Shown here piece by piece: positions 12,155 to 24,182 of a DNA stretch of 57,661 nucleotides. Source of the DNA: Trichosphaerium sp. ATCC 40318 (Eukaryota > Protista > Tubulinea). A model generated the notes under the pieces. The model was given only the letters and a program-made list of their open reading frames with translations. It had not been told where the DNA came from and did no database searches. Numbering within the stretch: the stretch's first letter is position 1; every line of letters starts with the position of its first letter. The translations under genes and the position numbers were made by a program. The stretch lies in assembly GCA_038496445.1 (NCBI GenBank), contig JALMLS010000499.1, forward strand, positions 1-57,661, given 5' to 3'.

Positions 12155-15100
12155 ATGACAGAATCACAGAGTGAAGAAAACTACAGTGTAAAAGATAAAA
12201 CCAATAATTTAGCTGATAATGGAGATAAAGCTTTGATTACCGCAGGTAATATTACTTCGCTTCAATATTGTACACCTCGTTAGCTCAGATTACTGTTTTA
12301 GCGCAGCAAGGAAACAACAAAATTGTATCAGCGTTAATCAATGCCAATACGAATATTGAGGCTGTTGATGAACATGGAAACACAGCTTTGATTTGTGCAG
12401 GTAACATAAATACAGCTTTTTTTTATGGTGTTCACGTTATTCTTTTAGCACGCAAAGGACATGACGAAATTGTATCAATGTTAATCCGTGCTGATGCCAA
12501 TATTGAGGCTGTTGATAAATTTGGAAAGAGAGCTTTGATGATTGCAGGTACTGCCATACGATCCGATACAAGCGTGTGATCTTACGTTAATACTCATTTC
12601 TATTAAGCATTAAGAGGATACAATAACATTGTATCAATACTAATCAATGCCAATGTCAATATTGACGCTGTTGATGAACAGGGAAATACAGCTTTGATTT
12701 ATGCAGGTAACATGAGATACAACATGTACAAATTCCTCAAATTATTGTTTTTAGCACAAGAACAACACAAAGAAATCGTATCAACGCTACTCAATGCCAA
12801 TGCAAAAACAGATGTTGTTGATGAAGATGGGAATACACCTTTGATGCATGCTGGTAGCGTCATATGATGAGATACCGTGTGTATACTCACATCACTATTT
12901 AGCAATAGAAGGACATGCCGAAATTGTATTGATGTTAATTAATGCTAATGCGAATGTTGATTTTGTTGACATAGATGGAAACACCGCTTTGAGTTTTGCA
13001 GGTAACATAACACGTGATGACTTCACAGCAACTCACAGTACTGTATAGTTCAAGAAGAAAGCAAAGAAATTGTATCGATGCTTATCAACGCCAATGCCAA
13101 TATTGATACAGTAAATGAATATGGAGACACAGTTTTGATTACTGCAGGTACCATCACGTGATGAGGTACATCCATATCAACTCAGGTTACTATTTAGCGC
13201 AAGAGGGAAACACTGAGATTGTGTCGATGCTAGTCAATGCCAATGCAAATGTCGATGCTGCTGATGAGTGTGGAACAACTGCTTTGATGTGGGCTGGTAC
13301 AATCACAAGTTCAGATATACGAAATAGCTTACACTAGTTTAGTTACAAAAGGGCACGAGGAGATTGTATCGCTGTTATTGAACACTAAAGCAAAAATTGA
13401 TGCTGTAGATGACGATGGGAAGACAGCTTTTATCTATGCGGGTAACATCATACAACGAGATACAAAAAACTAACGTAGCTCCAACTAGTTACAAAAGGAT
13501 ACAATGAGATTGTATCAATGTTAATCAAGGCCAATACAAATATTGAGGCTGCTGATAAACATGGAAAGACAGCTTTGATTCATGCAGGTAACATTCAAGA
13601 TGATTTATGTGTTGTCTTATTACTACTTAGTCCTACATGGCAACAATAAAATTGTGTTGATGCTACTGAAGGCAAATGCAAATATTGAGGCTGGTGATAA
13701 TGACGGAAAGACAGCTTTGATCCATTCAGGTAATTGCATACCGTTGATGACACGACTCATTCACACTACTATCTAGCAACAACAAAATACAATAAAATTA
13801 CATTGCTGCTAATCAACGCCAATGCAAATATTGACGCTGTTGACAAAAACGGAAACACAGCCTTGATTCACGCTGGTACATTGTGTATAGATATGATACA
13901 TGCGTAACTAACATTGTACTGCTAGCAAAAATTGGAGACTTTGACAATGTGTCAATCCTTATTGAAGCAAATGCTTCAATAAATACTGCTAATACAGCCA
14001 AAGAAACAGCTTTACATGTTGCAGGTTATACAAAGACTACATCAAGTACATAACTCATATTACTATCTAGCACAAGAAGGAAACAATGAAATTGTTACGC
14101 TGTTACTTAAAGCAAACAGTCTTGATTTAGGTACTGTTATGATATCACTTTGCACTTTATTGACAATGTTTAGGTATCGTACCAAGTGAAAAAAGGTGGC
14201 AAGACTTTCTTTTCATGTTATGTAATGAAGTGAGAACAAATTCACCTTCATCTGTTGAGGCATTTGTAACTTTCTTGAAACACTGTCCAAGTGGCAAGCA
14301 AACTCATTCACTGTGGAAATCTTGCTCGTCCAGTGAAAACCTTCAAGAATGGCTTTCACATTTGGTACCCTATATAATAGTTGAACATTACACTAATCAT
14401 ACTGTTCAGCCAACACGTTCTTATTTTAAGCTGGCAATGGAAAAAGGTATTTGTCAGTTAATTTGCACGTATGATCCAAAAAAAGTGATGCTTCCAGTAC
14501 GACATCCACATGGTTGTTAAAGCAGAAAACTAAATTGACTAGGACTTCTGGAAACAAGATGGGAAATTAATGCAAGGAATCTTGAGTGATCTACCTGATG
14601 ACATGTGGTGTACTACAAATCATAGTGATTTCTCAACAGAAGGTATCACAACAGGTAAGATGTCATTGTTGGTACTAATGACAAGTACTAAATCAAAATG
14701 CGAAGGATTGCAGAGCAAAAACGCATGGGATCTTAATCCACGATTGTATTTTGCAAACAATTGGGATAGATCTAACAGCACGTGCGTTCAATATCATATT
14801 TTGTTTATCATTTCTCTTACGTTTTGAAAGAGGTTTTGTTGCGAAAGCGACTCACTACAGAACACTGAATCTTCTTGATACAAACGATAAAGTCGCTGTT
14901 AGAGAATTCAACATCTTAAAGCAAGAGATGTCTAAAATGCATGGCTATGACCACTACGATATTGTTGAAGCAACTCTTGTATTCAATGAAATATTGACTA
15001 CTAACTTTGGTCTGTCCAATAACATACTAAGACACAGACATCAGTACGTTTATTCCACAGAGCATTTACCGCTTTGGTGAGTCTAAGTATGTACTTTTTA

Positions 15101-16386
15101 GAGAACTGCCAAAGTTGTTCAAAAAGCAGACTTGGAAAAGCGATGACAACAATAAGTACAAAGAGGGCGTATGCAAAAAATACAATACCATAGCGACGCG
15201 AAAAGATCCAAGTACACATACCAAAGGCGCTTCACAAGAAAAAAAGGCAAGTTCATCAACAAGGTGCACTAACAAACCTTGTTGTTTAGTTACCAGTGAT
15301 ATTGATGGTACATGGAACAAGTACAGAGGCAGCTTGCAGTATTGTAAAGGCTGGTTTTGGAACTGTCAGTGCCTTGGATGACGGCTACTATGGCCAAGGC
15401 ATATACTTTACTGTACGTTGACTACCCAATAATTATATATGCTAAATGCTATGGTTACAGAGGAGTATACAATATGCTGCTTCATATGATATTGGAGGAA
15501 CGAAAGAGAAAACACTTATTTTGAGCCTTGTCACTCCTGGCAATGTATATCCTGTACGTAAACAGCATTCTTTATTTGTACTGGTATACGAGATAACAAT
15601 GATTACAAGGTTGAAGATCAGCTCAGCTTAAGAGGGAAACCAATAAAACCAGGCTACCAAAGTCACTACGCATTGGTTGATCGCAAGGGTAAACTTCTTA
15701 AAGGTAACAAACTCTCCAGCGCAGTGTATGATGAGCTTGTTGTTGCCCAAGGTACAATAACACTATTTGATATTGTGAGCTATACTCATTGCTATGTTTT
15801 TTTTATAAGATGCCCAAGCTGTTGCTCGGTATATCATCAAAGTTACCAAAAAGATTAAAAACAAAAAAAGTAACAAAAAAAAGAAAACCAATCCTGAGTC
15901 AGATGATGATCTCTCTGATGATGACAGTTTTATTGCCAACCGGTATGCCATCACTATTCGTTTTCTTTTCTAACAACTTTGTGCTCTAGACAACTTTGGG
16001 CTTCCCACCAGGACTCAACCGACGAGCAACCATCAAGTACTGCGCTGGATCTCAAACTAGAACAACAAGAATCACAAGAATTACAAGACGACGTTGAAAA
16101 CCTTAAAAAGAGCAATGCAACTCATAAAGTTGTCAATCTCAAGCCAGAATCAAAAGAAGCGACCCAGGACGTTGAGACATTAAAAAAGAGTTATGAGAAC
16201 ATGATGGAACTAACTGAGAAGTTACAGCAAACAAATGCAAATCAGCAACAATCCATTGCCAACTTAACAGAAAGTGTCAACAACCTAAAGAAAGATAACG
16301 CTAGCTTAATAGAAAGTGTCACTAACCTACAGGAGCGCAACGCCATTCTACTAGCGAAAATAGCGGAATACGAAAGTACAAAATAG
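12155..16386 (+). CDS. Ankyrin-repeat / PARP-type ADP-ribosyltransferase / coiled-coil protein, paralogue A (about 13 ANK repeats)
   Basis: 12 consecutive ~99-nt ANK exons (12302-14024); catalytic motifs VHGT (15311), GYYGQGIYFT, SIQYAASY, SLVTPGNVYP, GYQSHY, YDELVV (E at 15733), ARYII; heptad-rich last exon. Confidence 0.88.
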
Positions 16387-16697
16387 TAAATCCTCAAATA
16401 AACAATCAGTTAGTCTACATATTGCACTTATTTTATACATCATACGCAGCTAATAGAATCTAGTATGATCAACTGGAGTATCTGTAGAGTACAAACGCTA
16501 GCCTATTGATGCGTGCTTATATGCACTTTGTGATGGTATACTTTTTGTGTTGTCAATGATAGTGAAATACAGAAAAAAAAAGTACATACAACAACAGCTC
16601 CAAATGGCGATACTCTAGCGCTCTAAGTTGTTGTACCAACCAGCGCTATGGGAACATAATGGAGTGGTTTTGGTTTTCGCTCGAAACTCGCACATAC

Positions 16698-16830
16698 AAA
16701 ACACGTGCGTTTACCTCACGGTGAAAATACAGAAAAGTAGGAATTGTAACATTTATTGCAAACACAACCAAGTTCAATTCTGATTTCTTCCACAACAGAC
16801 TACATGTCAATGCGCATATTTTTTATTTTC
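16698..16830 (-). repeat. Diverged partial copy of the ~350-bp non-coding repeat found near the ART genes
   Basis: Similar to 29480-29600 (gaaaatacagaaaa...ttccacaacaga..tacatgtcaat). Confidence 0.7.
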
Positions 16831-17059
16831 AAATAAAGCGATACTGCCAAATGCATGAGATATACTTTTTATGTTGTTTATTCTTTTATCTTTGAATGTA
16901 AAAACGCTTTGTGATGCACTATCAAAAACATCTTCTATACTTTTACACAGGGCACATAGCGCTTGATCTGCAAAGCTCAGTGCTAGTTCTAATATCTCGA
17001 CTCCCAAAGACTGTTCATACTTATGTGCATGTCTATGACAAACTGGCTACTACAGACGA

Positions 17060-17880
17060 TTTATAAAGGGCACGCTAAGCTGCTATGGCAGCACCTCTCA
17101 CCAGTGTGCTTAAGAAAGACATATAATTGAACTGGTACAACCCTCACTTAAAACGGCATTGGTTTCCCAATACTTGCACCTGACCGCACAGATTTACACT
17201 TTTCACAGATGCATCAGATGTTGGCAGAGCACCACAGTCTTAACTGTTACTGAACATTAAAAAACCGACTGTACCAATTGGCTAGAGGGATAAAACTTGA
17301 AGAACTGGATTTTGAAGTACAATATCGACCAAGACGCTGATGCACTATCAAGACCACCATGTAACAATATTTTAGACATTTAAAATGGTGTTCTTTTATC
17401 ACATGCGTGGACACAATCAACGCATAAATTACGTACAAACAAGCGGTAGTTCCAAGAACCTACAACACTTAGTTTTACACATGTGCTGCTATGATAAACT
17501 TAGTGGACACTTAGGCTTTGACGACGTTTTACAAACTCAGAATTAGATAATTATTGACAAGGCTATTACGCTGACAGTAAAAATTGGATAGGAATGTCCT
17601 AAATGCCAAGCCAAGAAAACACCTACGATTGTACGAATGAGATTTGATGAAGAAAGTGCTCCATTCAAAATAGTAGCAGTAGACTTGGCTGGAACTTATG
17701 TTCCAACCACGGGCATTGTAACAGTATATCATTTTATTCTCAGATTACTTACACTTGGGGTTGAAGCGTTTCCCTTAGAAAGTGCTAGTACTGAAGTAAT
17801 TGCTAAACTCTTTATTAAAGTAATAGTGCCAGACACAGATGTCCAAAGAAGTTACTATCATTAACATGGGTAGCAGTCAT
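17060..17880 (+). mobile_element. Decayed Ty3/Gypsy LTR-retrotransposon pol fragment (RNase H to integrase)
   Basis: Frameshifted motifs: TDASDVG, LEELDFEVQYRP, SGHLGF, ECPKCQAKK, PFKIVAVDLAG, VEAFPL...EVIAKLFIKVI; no LTRs recognised. Confidence 0.85.
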
Positions 17881-19223
17881 CATCTTCAGTGACATAATTT
17901 GTTACCTTATATATAGGAGCGTTGATAGAAACGCTCACATTGAAATGACAGTATCTTGTAGCACGAAACCAAAAAAATAACAAGTATGGTTTTGCGTGTC
18001 GCTAGCGCTATGTAACACTGCAAAAGATAATCACAGCGAAAGGCTGAGGTTTGTTAGAGGCGTAAACTTGCTGTTGCTGCCTAGTTTTTTTCTTTTCGAA
18101 CCGCTGTGCGTCTAAGTGTAACTACATAGTGAAGGTAGCCAAGATTTCAGTACAATGTTAATTGTGAAGGCTAGCAAGTGATTTGACGAGACTCTAACTT
18201 TATGTCGCTCAGAAATCATCAGAAAAGCGTACATTGATAGAGCGAAACAATTGCGAAACGGTTTTTCAAAATACAGTTGTGAAAATAAAGAAAAACCCTT
18301 TGGATGGCAATACCTATTTTCTTTGTAGTTTGCAGTTATGTACAACGCTTTTTTTCGCGGACTATTTTTCAACCCGACACGCAACACATTGTCTGTGTTG
18401 TCATTATCATAACGAGGACAGGTAACAACGAAATGTGTTGAGCAGTTTTTACACCAGGCAGAACGTGGTAACCATTTGTTTTTTTTGTTTGATCACGTGT
18501 CGAGATATATTTTTTATCTTCCAGTGGTTTCGTTTGTTCACTTTAGATTGTCAGAGTAGGCTATGGCTATTAAAATTACAGTGTTTTTGAGCTAAACACA
18601 ACCAACAACACTGCGGGGCATGAAAACGGCACAAAGAACTCTTTACGCGCCACAATGCGCTATCTACTCTCCAAAGAACATGTAATACAACCGTTTTTTC
18701 TGCTATTTGTGTATCTACGACGTAGAAGATTAACAGAGTGCCAACAAGGCGTTATATCGAAAAAATTATAGTCTGCGGTTGTTATTTATCATAAAGAATG
18801 CTTTTCCTACATCTCATAGACGTCACAGCTTCGTCCAATTTTTTTTGAGGGTTTGTGTAATTGATCAAGCTAACATTCAGTCTTTTAATTGCCCTACCAC
18901 GGCGGATACCCGATATATTGCGTTACTAGTATTGAGCACTAACAACCACTACACATCAGTATTTTTGCAACAACAAATTTTTTTTTGACATGACATGCGC
19001 CTGTGATCCCTAACCCATTTGTTGTCTAAACCTTAACGAAGTAGTAAGCAATCCGTGTCATTCAGGTTTGAATAGTTGTGATCTAGTTTATAAGCGCTAC
19101 AGCTTCGCTTTGGTTGCTTGCTACGTTCAATATGAGGCTCCTTAATAAGGTAACATTATGTTTAGAAGTCAAAAATTTGTTCATCTTCTATTTTTTTTTT
19201 GGAACAAAACGTTTTCTCGTTCA

Positions 19224-20310
19224 ATGAAAATCTGGAAAATCTTGAGCGTTTTATACGCACATATACATGTCGCATTAGTGTGCAAAGAATCAGGTCAAAA
19301 AATGATTTTTCAAACCAGATATTGTGACTTCTTTATGGTTTTTTTGAGCCAAAAACGAGGAATGTTTAGTCAATTTAAAAATACAAAACGTGTGTATTGA
19401 CATGTAGATCTGTTGTGGAAAAAATCAGAACTGAACTTGAATGTGTTTGCCATAAATGGTACCTTTCTTATTTTTTTCTGTATTTTCGCTGTGAAAATTG
19501 TTGTGTCATTGGCAGGATGTTATGGATTTATTTGAGCACATTGACCATTCAAAGATACCAACGGTAATAATAGTATTTATATGCTGATATCTCAACCTTT
19601 TAGTCATTATGGTGGCCGTTGCAGGTCCATCGCTGCAGTAATTTATGCACTTAGAATATGTTCCTTTGAACTTTGTTCATGTTTGCATAGCTCTTCTCCA
19701 GTTTATCAACCTTATTATTTGCTTCTTGTAACTCTAGTTCAAAACCATGTTACATTAAGACTCTTGTCTAGTCACCAGGGATATTTATTGTCCATGAAAT
19801 CAGCTTACAGTAATGTAAGGCTGGTTTTTGGAATTGTCAGTTTGTTGGATGCTGGTTACCTTTTGGCCAGGGATGTACTTTGCAGTACACTACAAAAAGT
19901 ACAATGTGTGCTCTCATACCTACTTCTTACACTTAGAAAAGTATAAACCATGATTGTTCATGATATTTAGGAAAGAATGAAAAACAGTCATCTTGAGTCT
20001 TGTCACTCCTGGCAATACCATAGGTTTGGTTATTAATGGCTATGTAAGTGGTCCCAACAACTCACCTAATAGACATTGAACAGGAGTTTACAATAATGGT
20101 AGTGCACACTTGTAAAAAAATCTGCAGTAAAGTACACAAACAAGTCTTTACTTTAGCTACTAATTATGAAAGGCACACCCACCAGTAAGTTAAGAGGACA
20201 ACCAATAAAACCAGGCTACCAAGTTCGTTATAAACTGATAGCTAGGGGAAGACCTCTCGAAGACATATGGTTGGTAAGCAATGTCAAAAAACCAATCAAA
20301 GACAAAGTAG
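19224..20310 (+). pseudogene. ~350-bp non-coding repeat followed by a decayed PARP catalytic-domain remnant
   Basis: Frameshifted KAGF-GIVSLLDAGY..GQG, TVILSLVTPGN and LRGQPIKPGYQ match paralogue A; inverted copy at 28727-29770. Confidence 0.85.
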
Positions 20311-20907
20311 CTTCACAATTTTTTGTAGAAATACTTGAAAAAGTCAACAATTAATGGCTGCACTGAGATGTAGGCTCCGGACCTGTAACCCCTCTAGCTG
20401 ATACTGTACAAGAGTACTTAAACCATCAGTACGAAGAAGGCATCACAACAAGTAGTAAGGGAGAATGTAGGACGCCATTGACATGCCGTCTGACACGGCA
20501 CATCCCGTCACACCTCGAGATAGTAAAAAGCATTGGCACTGTTCAGTATGTACTTCACCATGCAATTTTTATTGGCTACCTTGATTCTGTCTTTGTGTCA
20601 ATAAAGGTATCTTTCACCTCCTATACTATTCTTTATGTATAAGAGTGAACTACTTATGTACATATTATAACTGGAACTATACCAGACGCCATTCAGGAAT
20701 TTGTAATAAATTGCAAAAAAAAGATTGCAAAAGTTTCTCTAAAAGTAATAGTTTGGTGTCAGTGGTAGATGTTACAGCTATACTCCATGTCCCTTATTCA
20801 AATAAATAGAATAGCTTATCTATGCTGTTAAAAGAATTAGCGCTATTTCTTGATCTCATTTTAGAGACAAAAATAAGTAGACTCAAAACTCAAAGTTTAT
20901 TCCAGAA

Positions 20908-21599
20908 CTAGTTAGTGGCTTGATGATAAAGTTCTTTTGCCTTTGTAATATGTTCCATCCAATCAGTCCTCTAAAAGATTCTCAGACTTTAGGCTAAGGA
21001 AAAAAAAGCCACACATCAAGTATCACGTGCCTCTTTATCGTTTTCACAACATAAGAACTTTGTCATCTCTGATGAATCTGCGCGTTTCTCTGTAATAGAC
21101 CAATACTTACGATTTCTTCTTGTATCCAAAGTATCATCAGTTTGAACACTTATGATATTAGATAATAACACTCTTCCCTTTGCCATACTTTGTGTGGAAC
21201 TCTTGTAATTGACAGTAAAGTTAGTATTTTGACGCTGTAAGTCTACTGTGACACCTTATAATACGTGAACGTCTCTAATCCCAACACAAAATAACGTTTC
21301 ATCCAGGTTCTGGGACGTTTATGCCTACCATAAATCCCTCCGCCTTTTATAATGTATCCTTGCTTACAAGCTAGATTGCGCTGAAATTAGAGTTAACAAG
21401 TGATATTACAGTGCTTGAGGAATGAAACCTCTAAACAGCACACTCGTACCCTATACAACAAGCTTTTACTTGTTACAACGCAATATAAGTTATTTAAAGC
21501 TCTTGCGACACTCAATAGCTCAAACGTTTCAATATGCTCTACAATAATATATACAAGCTCTGGTGGTAAGATGACAGTTGTACAGTCATCATTAGACAT
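20908..21599 (-). CDS. F-box + PH-domain protein (spliced; 3' exon structure uncertain)
   Basis: Exon 1 has F-box-like ILPPELVYIIVEHI..FELLSVAR; exon 2 has KQGYIIKGGG...RTWMKRYFVLGLETFTYYK; then AKGRVLLSNIISV and a terminal RTDWMEHITKAK (PH C-terminal helix Trp). Confidence 0.7.
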
Positions 21600-21684
21600 G
21601 TTGCAATACAAAAATAGCGTAAACAAACGCCTTAACAAAGAAACACGTAGTCTCTATTTTAGTTCCCAGCAACACCGCTTGTGT

Positions 21685-22310
21685 ATGCAGGCTATCCCAC
21701 GTGCGTTACCTGTACGGCATTTTGCTGCTTCTGGTTGTAAAGAAATCACGTGCTTGGTACTAAACGGATTGAGAGTCGCGAAAGTTCATCAATTCGTTCA
21801 ACAAAAGGTTAAAGAAATTGCGTTATTATGCAACTTAGCTGATTCCTTGACTACTAATTATGGAAGCAGTTTCAGGTGTGTATACAGTAGATTTAAGCGG
21901 CTGTAAGTGCATCACAGACAAAAGTCTCAAAGCACACATGCTAAATCTACGAAATTGTTGGATTATAGTAGATGAAGGCCTTGAAGAACTAAAGGGTGTT
22001 CACACTATTGATGTATCGTCCAATCGGCGTATAACTGACAAGGGATTAAAGCACTGGTAGGAGTCCATACGATTTGTTTAAGAGGCTGTAAAATATCAGT
22101 GATGAAGGTATCAAAGCACTCAAAGGCGTTCATGCCATTGGAATTGCTGAAACTTCAATAACAACAGAAGCCATTGGAGCACTACAACCTGAACTCTGTT
22201 GTGTGAGTGCTTTGATGATTGAATGCCTAGAAAGTGTAACAGCATTAAGTAATTCAATTGTGAGTATTAACTTAAATACATACCTTCAGTTGCGAAAACA
22301 GAGATAACAA
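21685..22310 (+). pseudogene. Cys-containing LRR protein (AMN1/FBXL-like repeats), frameshifted
   Basis: Repeats GVYTVDLSGCKCITDKSL, LKGVHTIDVSSNRRITDKGLKH, GVHTICLRGC..SDEGIKALKGVH spread over different frames. Confidence 0.7.
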
Positions 22311-22930
22311 CCAAGATACACACGAAGTAGATGAACCGATAGAATAGACCAGAACAGCTATATATATCCCCCCCTTTTTTTTTAAATCTGTATTGTATTC
22401 TTTTCTTTGTCAAAACTTTCATCACTCAATCTCGATTGGATGATGAGGCCACTCCCTTGAATACTGGCCAGGTCGATGCGCTCCTAACTTTAAAACAGCT
22501 ACCCAAAATTATGGGTCTTAAATGTAGCCGTAGACTTAATAAACAAAACATTCATTCATTCATTCAGTTGCGAATATATATGTTTACTCTTTAGTCACGA
22601 AGACAAATGGAGCCAGCGAATACACACTGTTGTAGCAAATGTAGTGTAAGGAAGTGTAGCGTACAGATACGCCAAAAGGCGGTCAATACAACTTCCCTAC
22701 AGTAGTTCTAAAACGTATTCAAGAGGTAACGTAGCAAAGTTAAGCAGTACTATTGAGTTGGTGCTGGAAACGCGTTGTTGTTGTATAATTGCATAAAGGA
22801 ACGTACAAAGGTTTGACGTGACGTTTTTAAATTAAAGAAAAAAGTGCGATAACCAACACAGAGAGGCGACATGTGAAGAATCACGTGAATATTCAAGAAT
22901 AAGTATTGACAAACTTATACATTTATTGTC

Positions 22931-24182
22931 ATGTCCTTACTCTTTATCCTCATCTCGTTACCTGTTATTGTACTTGGAGGGCCTTGTTGTACCGGCACTA
23001 GCTATTCAGGCCCATCTATATCAAGCTACAACTTTTCATTGTCGTCTCTTTCCGATGAAAGCAGTTTAAAGTATGGTCCTGTTTGGTTTATTGAAGATTG
23101 GTTTACGAAGTCTATCTCTGTTTCGACGAACTTTCTGAACCTCACGAAACCTCTATCGCACGTTCGGTCCATGTGGAACGTTAACGGACAAGATGGAGGA
23201 TATTGTTTTACGTTTAACGGCGGTACCGACTCTTTATGGCTCTTTGGAGACACTGTGACTGGTGGAGGTTGTGGCTGGCTTCACAATACTGCTTTAAGAG
23301 TTTCCAAAGCCTCTCCAAACGCCGAGGTCGTATCAGCGCAATACATGTCTTCAACAGACCACCACACAGCGTGCATTGTACCTGATGATGGAAAAACTGC
23401 ATTTTGGCCTTTAGGCACGTGCGAATTCAAAATTATGTTTTTGGCTTGTGACATTTGTTGGTAGGTGGTTTTGAAGCCAATAACGCTTTGTATGTCTTCT
23501 ACGAGAGCACAGGCGACAACCCTACTGTAGGCGTAGCTAGAGCAGTTATTGGTGATAACTTAGTGTTCGAAACAATTGTAGAACCTTCAACAGATGGTGT
23601 TCCTCCTGTGTATTCTGCTGTGTCGAATATGAAAGATCCAACCGATCCGTATCTTTACGTTTACTATATGGGTCCACCTCAAGGCACAGATAAGGAAAGA
23701 CGCGTTAAACTAGCGAAAGTTCTACCTAGTGACATTCATATTGCATCAGGGTATACATATTGGAATGGGGTACGAAAGAGAAGACAACCGATTACCACAT
23801 GTCTAATGTTTTTCCCAAACAGAAAAACTTTGTTGTTGATAAGACAGCTGCTGCCGATATCTCCGTGTACTTCCTGATGAACCAGCAAATAAGTGTTGTA
23901 TACAATGATTTCATAAAGTCGTACGTTTTGTTGACAACTGTGTTTGGAGACCAAGCGAAGCTACAGATTGCTGATAATCCATGGGGACCGTTCACAGAAG
24001 CAAAAGTAATCTTCAATCAACCAACAGAATTTAAACCGCATTCCATGTACGCTGGCTACTGGCTTCCAATTCTCGCTCAAAACGGCGGTAAAACAATGCC
24101 ATTTTTATTCTCTAATGGCGTTGGTGGATTTGATGCATCTCCATGGCTTGTAGAAGTAGAATTCGAATGGAATTGGAAGTAA
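22931..24182 (+). CDS. Secreted DUF4185-like / beta-propeller protein, two introns
   Basis: Signal peptide; GQDGGY...WLFGDT, FWP, YLYVY, YTYWNG, ADNPWGPF, YAGYWLP motifs; three overlapping ORFs joined by introns 23415-23464 and ~23770-23822. Confidence 0.7.

Noticed and set aside
12155-16386. Naming the gene tankyrase (TNKS)
   Set aside because: No SAM domain or ARC-type repeat organisation seen, and it has an extra C-terminal coiled coil; orthology is unsupported without a phylogeny
19581-19946. 121-aa ORF duplicated at 29027-29392 as a real gene
   Set aside because: It is read-through of a frameshifted PARP remnant; the similarity reflects recent DNA duplication
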